Positions 59,672 to 64,000 of a stretch of DNA of 64,000 nt are shown in pieces (positions within the stretch are counted from its first letter, which is position 1; each line of letters begins with the position of its first letter). The stretch is from positions 292,313 through 356,312 of IMG/VR virus record IMGVR_UViG_3300023174_000036; one strand, written 5' to 3'. The position numbers and the translations under genes were made by a program. The notes under the pieces are model-generated. The model saw nothing but the letters and a program-made list of their open reading frames with translations, did not search any database and was not told the DNA's origin.

Positions 59672-60002
59672 AGGTATAGTGATTTGGGGGTTTTTGTGTG
59701 GGAATAGTGAGTAACCATTAAAACTATGCCTCTCTGCCCCACTCGCAACCGATTTTTTCTACCCTATGCCCACGGTTGCCCGAGCAGAATATGACTCATA
59801 ATCCAGAATCTGTTGCACTTTGTCACACAATTCAACACTTTTTGACACTTTTCTAGACCAGCTCCCTCACTGTATAGCTCTATACGCAAGCGGGTGGCAG
59901 TCTACTCACACTATTCCAACAGTTCCTATACACTATATACAGTCTAGCACGGTGAAAGATAGTGTTCACTGTTAAATACTATGTCAAGACCGGAGGTGTA
60001 CA

Positions 60003-60263
60003 ATGGCAAGAGGTATAGCACAAATACGTTTTCCTACTCATCAAGCGTATATAAGTCAAACAGAAGATGGGTTAGTATGCTTTAAACACAATGACCGTAG
60101 CTGTGATATGGAAGTATTCCCATTAGATAATAACATAGCGGCCAGTGACTATCTACTAGAGCCATTAAAAAACTATGAATATCACATAGCATGGAGTGAG
60201 GAATCCGAGATGGCAAAGGAACTGTGGACTCCTATTGTGTGTAGGCGGTCCAATCAGATTTAA
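60003..60263 (+). CDS. hypothetical protein
   Basis: TAAATA promoter plus GGAGG SD. Confidence 0.6.
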   Translation: MARGIAQIRFPTHQAYISQTEDGLVCFKHNDRSCDMEVFPLDNNIAASDYLLEPLKNYEYHIAWSEESEMAKELWTPIVCRRSNQI

Positions 60264-60289
60264 ACAGTCAAAAGAGGCCGGACTCAGTC

Positions 60290-60437
60290 CAACCAAAACC
60301 CGCATTGTCAAGCGGGTTTTCTTTTTTGAGTAGCGCAAAAACAACACCAAAAGTCGTCACCGTTCTAGTTAGTTGGCGCACACTAACTTAATACCTTTCG
60401 CCGCAGTCGCCGTCCACCCCCACTATGTTCGAACGAT
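60290..60437 (-). ncRNA. candidate small RNA
   Basis: TTGACA(60472)-17-TATAAT(60449); internal stems; terminator-like hairpin 60295-60320; no credible ORF. Confidence 0.5.
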
Positions 60438-60562
60438 GCTTATATTATACGTCTTTTAAGCCGTGCTGTCAACAGGGTCTTTCCCTAGTGTTGTGAAAAA
60501 GCCACGGGGCGAGTGCGGGGCGTTTGGTTGACTGCCTCGAGCTTCTGCGCTATAATTATGGC

Positions 60563-60889
60563 ATGAAGACAAAAAGAACTGCCCGCAAAGACTCAAACTA
60601 CATCATCTACGAAGCCGTTTCGGAGCGTGGAGAAAACTACATTGGCCTAACCCGCAAGGGAGATGTCACAGTAGCCAAGGCTGTGAAAGAACGCTGGCGC
60701 AAGCATCTAAGCCGTGCCCGTAACGAAAACAGACTGTGGGCACTCTACATCTACTTGAAGTCGGGTGGATTAGACATGGCTTGGGAGCATAAGGTCATCA
60801 CTGTGATTAGGGGTCGTGCTGAGGCTTATGCATACGAGCGTAGCCTAGTCAAAGAGCTTGGCCCTTCACTAAACGATCAATATCAATAA
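60563..60889 (+). CDS. GIY-YIG-like nuclease
   Basis: YIIYE...ENYIGLT...RWRKH...E...LN; apparently leaderless. Confidence 0.75.
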   Translation: MKTKRTARKDSNYIIYEAVSERGENYIGLTRKGDVTVAKAVKERWRKHLSRARNENRLWALYIYLKSGGLDMAWEHKVITVIRGRAEAYAYERSLVKELGPSLNDQYQ

Positions 60890-60958
60890 CCCAGCGGTTG
60901 ACTGGGTCTTTGATTCCTGCTATAATTATGGCATACACTAACAAACAAGGAGCGAACC

Positions 60959-61663
60959 ATGTTTAAATTGCTTTCAACGGCGAACCCCAAAATCCAAAAA
61001 GGAACGAAACTTGGATACCTATCATTCATCTTACACCTTGCCCCAGCTGATCTCAGCGGACGCGAGACCTGCCCTAAGCGTACTCCAGGCTGTACCGCCG
61101 CTTGCCTTAACACTGCCGGTCGCGGTGGCATGTTCAAGCGTGGGGAATCCACTAACACGATCCAGCGGGCACGTATACGTAAGACCAACGAGTTCTTCAA
61201 TAATCGCGAACAGTTCATGTTCGACTTATACCACGATATAGTCAAAGCCAAGAAGTTCGCTGACAAGCAGGGTTTGATTCCAGTGTTTCGTTTGAATGGC
61301 ACTAGCGATTTGAGCTGGGAGAAGTACACCGTAGGCACTACGGACATGAACTTGTTTCAATTGTTCCCCACTACCCAGTTCTATGACTACACTAAGATCT
61401 TGGGCCGTAAGGTTAGCCAATACCCCAACTACCACTTGACGTTCAGCAAGGCAGACGGCAATGACGCTGATGTTGCAGAAGCATTAATGCAGGGTATGTC
61501 AGTGGTTGCGGTATACGATGCTATCCCAGAGGGTGTTCCGTCAGCTGATGAAACAGACTTGCGCTTCTTAGACCCTAAGGGCATTATGCTTGGTTTGAAG
61601 GCTAAGGGTCGTGCTAAGAAGGACTACAGTGGGTTCGTAATCCGTTTGAAGGAGGTTGCATAA
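60959..61663 (+). CDS. Gp88-like protein (radical-SAM-like Cys motif)
   Basis: CPKRTPGCTAACL..AGRG, FRLNGTSD, FYDYTK, NYHLTFS, DLRFLD. Confidence 0.8.
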   Translation: MFKLLSTANPKIQKGTKLGYLSFILHLAPADLSGRETCPKRTPGCTAACLNTAGRGGMFKRGESTNTIQRARIRKTNEFFNNREQFMFDLYHDIVKAKKFADKQGLIPVFRLNGTSDLSWEKYTVGTTDMNLFQLFPTTQFYDYTKILGRKVSQYPNYHLTFSKADGNDADVAEALMQGMSVVAVYDAIPEGVPSADETDLRFLDPKGIMLGLKAKGRAKKDYSGFVIRLKEVA

Positions 61664-62958
61664 TGGCTCAAGTAGACGGCGTCACAGTTCGAATTGGTGA
61701 CTGGGTAGGCTTTAAGAGCGACATTGAGCAGAGTGGCCGTATTGTAGCCATCAAGCAGACCTATGCGGGTACGAGCTTGACACTGGAAAACGAGTGCGGG
61801 TTCAGTGGGGACTACATTGGCGGAGAAACAATAACCACAGAGCTAGCCAGGGATTGTTGGATAGACGGTTGACGTCAGACCCAAAAGGCAGTATAATTAA
61901 GACATAGACACACAAAGGAGCGATACTTATGTATGACATAGTCAAAAACCCAATTCCCCGTAGCGGATTGTTTGCTACGCCCACCCTGGATCAGATTGCC
62001 AATCAAATTGATGGCTTCCCAGCAGAGACCAAAGCCCAACTGTATTTGGTAATGCAATTGACTCTCAACGCTTGCCACAAGATTGTGGAAGACGAGATCC
62101 TTTCAAAAGAGGTATTTGCACAATGATGTTCACACTGGAAATCTACAAGAAGGATGCTCGCAAGAAAACAGGCGAGCGACTGGTTGGCAAGTACGACTAT
62201 GACCGTAAAGATCGTGAGGCCATGTTGCGTGAGAGCAATGAGCTTTATGATGCTTATCCACCCAAGTTGGGCTACAGGTTTGAAATACACGAGACTTATG
62301 TGAAGAAGCATAATTTAATGGGTGGGGGTGAGTTCCAGGAACGTTATGACACTCCTCACTATTGTAGCCCGGCAAGCGAATCTTATTGGAGCATGTGATG
62401 TTGACTACAGTACTTAAATGGGTAGGGACGATCCTTACAGTGGGTGGCGCATTAATGACAGCTATTGATGTGGACCCTTTGAACATCTACTTGTTCAATG
62501 CGGGTGCCCTGGCTTGGCTCGTTGCGGCCGTCCGTATGAAAGAGCTTTCATTGATTGTGGTTAATGGTGCTCTGTTGACAATCTACGTGATTGGCTTTAT
62601 ACTACGTATACCAACTTAAAAAGGAGCGAAGATGTTATCAATCAAAGAAGTGAATCAGGCGATCATGCTACAGACGTGGACGGACATTGAACTCCGTAGC
62701 ATGATTGATGCGGTACAGTGGAACAGGGCCCAGCTGGCCAAACGTGTCAAACGTTCAATCAGTGTAGGCGACAATGTAGAGTTCACGAGTAGCAAGACAG
62801 GCAGACTCACACGTGGGTTCGTAACCAAAGTGGCCATCAAGTATGTCACAGTGGACACTGGCATGGGCCTGTGGAGAGTGCCAGCGAACATGTTGTCAAA
62901 GGTTGAGGATGATCCAATGGATGACTTCAACTATGTGGGATCCAAGCATCACTATTAA
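61663..62958 (+). CDS. early small genes (61663-61872, 61929-62126, 62123-62398, 62398-62619 membrane, 62632-62958)
   Basis: AAGGAG SDs and coupled ORFs. Confidence 0.65.
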
Positions 62959-63012
62959 CCCGCCAAAGTGAATGGGAATTGACAGGGATCAGTTCATGTG
63001 CTATAATAAGCA

Positions 63013-63125
63013 CATGAACAGTTAGAAAGCAAGGCGATCCTCAAATGCAAGGACCCACGCAGAAATGCAAAAAGGGTCGTAGCCAAGGGATACGAAGAGA
63101 GTTTGGAGACTCTGCCTAAGCAAAA
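63013..63125 (+). ncRNA. structured leader/ncRNA 1
   Basis: AGGC/GCCT, GACCC/GGGTC, GCA-GAAA-TGC and AGAGT/ACTCT stems after a sigma70 promoter. Confidence 0.55.
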
Positions 63126-63141
63126 CAAAGAAGGAGCGAAT

Positions 63142-63282
63142 ATGTCAAAAGAGATGTATGAGATTCTAGCGCACCTAGACCGTGCCGCAGAGCTGATGTT
63201 TGAGTATGGCCTGAATGGCTATGCCGAAGATGTTGGCATCTTGATGGGCCAGCTAGAAGCAGATGCACTAGAAGTTGAGTAA
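63142..63282 (+). CDS. 46-aa acidic protein (not in ORF track)
   Basis: AAGGAGCGA SD; MSKEMYEILAHLDRAAELMFEYGLNGYAEDVGILMGQLEADALEVE. Confidence 0.7.
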   Translation: MSKEMYEILAHLDRAAELMFEYGLNGYAEDVGILMGQLEADALEVE

Positions 63283-63328
63283 TCCGTAGGGTTATTGACA
63301 AAATCTGTTTCATGTGCTATAATAAGCA

Positions 63329-63618
63329 CATGAACAGTTAGAAAAGAGTTAAAGGTTACCTACACCGTTAGGTACTACGATATCCCTAAGTGGCGGCGAC
63401 GGCTTCCGGGGACCGGAGTACATGAAACAGGAGCAATCCGGAGAAGCGGCGGAGTATGTAGGCAGTAATGACCGTGCAGGCCTATACGAGACGTTCGTAT
63501 AGGTAGACATAGATGTACAATGGTTCCGCTAGTTCTTTTCTAACTGATTAGGGGCGCTCAGGTGCAAGGCCGGTGCTTAAACGAGAGACTTACTTCTCAC
63601 GCCCAGTCGGTTCTACCA
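63329..63618 (+). ncRNA. large structured ncRNA 2
   Basis: 13-bp closing stem 63335-47/63534-46, several hairpins, own promoter, no ORF in track. Confidence 0.65.
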
Positions 63619-63718
63619 AGAATAACCATGTTGTCAACCAGGTTATTTTTTTAAGCGAGTTGACGTTTTGGTTCTTTTGCGTTATAATACATATACACAG
63701 ACACAAAAGGAACCCAAA

Positions 63719-63973
63719 ATGCTTACAAACTGCATAGCAAAAGCAAAGCTCGTTTTTAACAAAAATTTAAAAACATACAAACTCGTCGTAGCCTTTAACG
63801 CACACAAAACAATTAAGCCAAACGGGCAAGTCAAATATGCGTTCCCTACGCAAGCAAAATGCGCTTATGTTAGTGGAGACTTACTTGCAGAAAACTTGCA
63901 AGCAGAGTTAACAAAAGTACTACCTACAGTCTACAGCACACTACGCACAAACAGCGTAGAATTTGTAGAATAA
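63719..63973 (+). CDS. early hypothetical protein
   Basis: Promoter at 63660; AAGGA SD; start reassigned. Confidence 0.65.
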   Translation: MLTNCIAKAKLVFNKNLKTYKLVVAFNAHKTIKPNGQVKYAFPTQAKCAYVSGDLLAENLQAELTKVLPTVYSTLRTNSVEFVE

Positions 63974-64000
63974 CCCTACAGCCCGTAAGGGCTTTTTATA

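Larger units (their letters stand above)
60528..63688 (+). promoter_or_regulatory. six near-consensus sigma70 early promoters
   Basis: TTGAC(A/T/G)-17-TATAAT with -35 at 60528, 60898, 61869, 62979, 63295 and 63660. Confidence 0.9.

Noticed and set aside
63540-63620. Resemblance to pistol ribozyme (TTAGGG, CAGGTGCAA), tmRNA 5' end (GGGGC) or tRNA (ACCA end)
   Set aside because: Element order does not fit pistol; no T-arm GTTCRA or D-arm; kept only as an unassigned ncRNA
1-64000. tRNA/rRNA genes, integrase, IS elements
   Set aside because: None recognised by eye; tRNAscan-SE or ARAGORN would be needed to exclude tRNAs firmly

Overview
This window looks like 64 kb of a large lytic tailed-phage genome (jumbo myovirus-like, about 40% GC), not a bacterial chromosome. 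Genes are densely packed and include virion and fibre proteins, PAAR, NrdAB/glutaredoxin, nucleases and many small ORFans. A T4-like late-promoter core (TAAATA) precedes most genes from 1 to 46 kb, and near-consensus sigma70 promoters cluster from 58.8 to 64 kb. The DnaK has betaproteobacterial signatures, which suggests the host group (inference). Layout: 1-46.9 kb is mostly minus strand and carries dnaK, bS21, IscU/IscA, RNR, virion and head-internal proteins, ALA synthase, peptidoglycan hydrolases and ADP-heptose genes. A divergent promoter pair sits at 46.9 kb. From 47 to 58.8 kb the genes are on the plus strand: a ParB-like/HNH pair, small ORFans, an S11 peptidase and a PlcP/Agt-like pair. 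A repeat-containing, gene-poor stretch follows at 58.8-60.5 kb, then an early-promoter region. Most notable observations: (1) about 13 unrelated proteins share a T4-like capsid-targeting N-terminus, and some look like protease-cut polyproteins of small basic modules; (2) two clean -1 frameshift sites join ORFs; (3) a plcP-agt-like phospholipid-to-glycolipid remodelling pair; (4) three promoter-driven structured non-coding RNAs; (5) apparently leaderless late transcripts in a bS21-encoding phage; (6) a Shemin-pathway ALA synthase. All calls come from motif recognition by eye; no searches were run.
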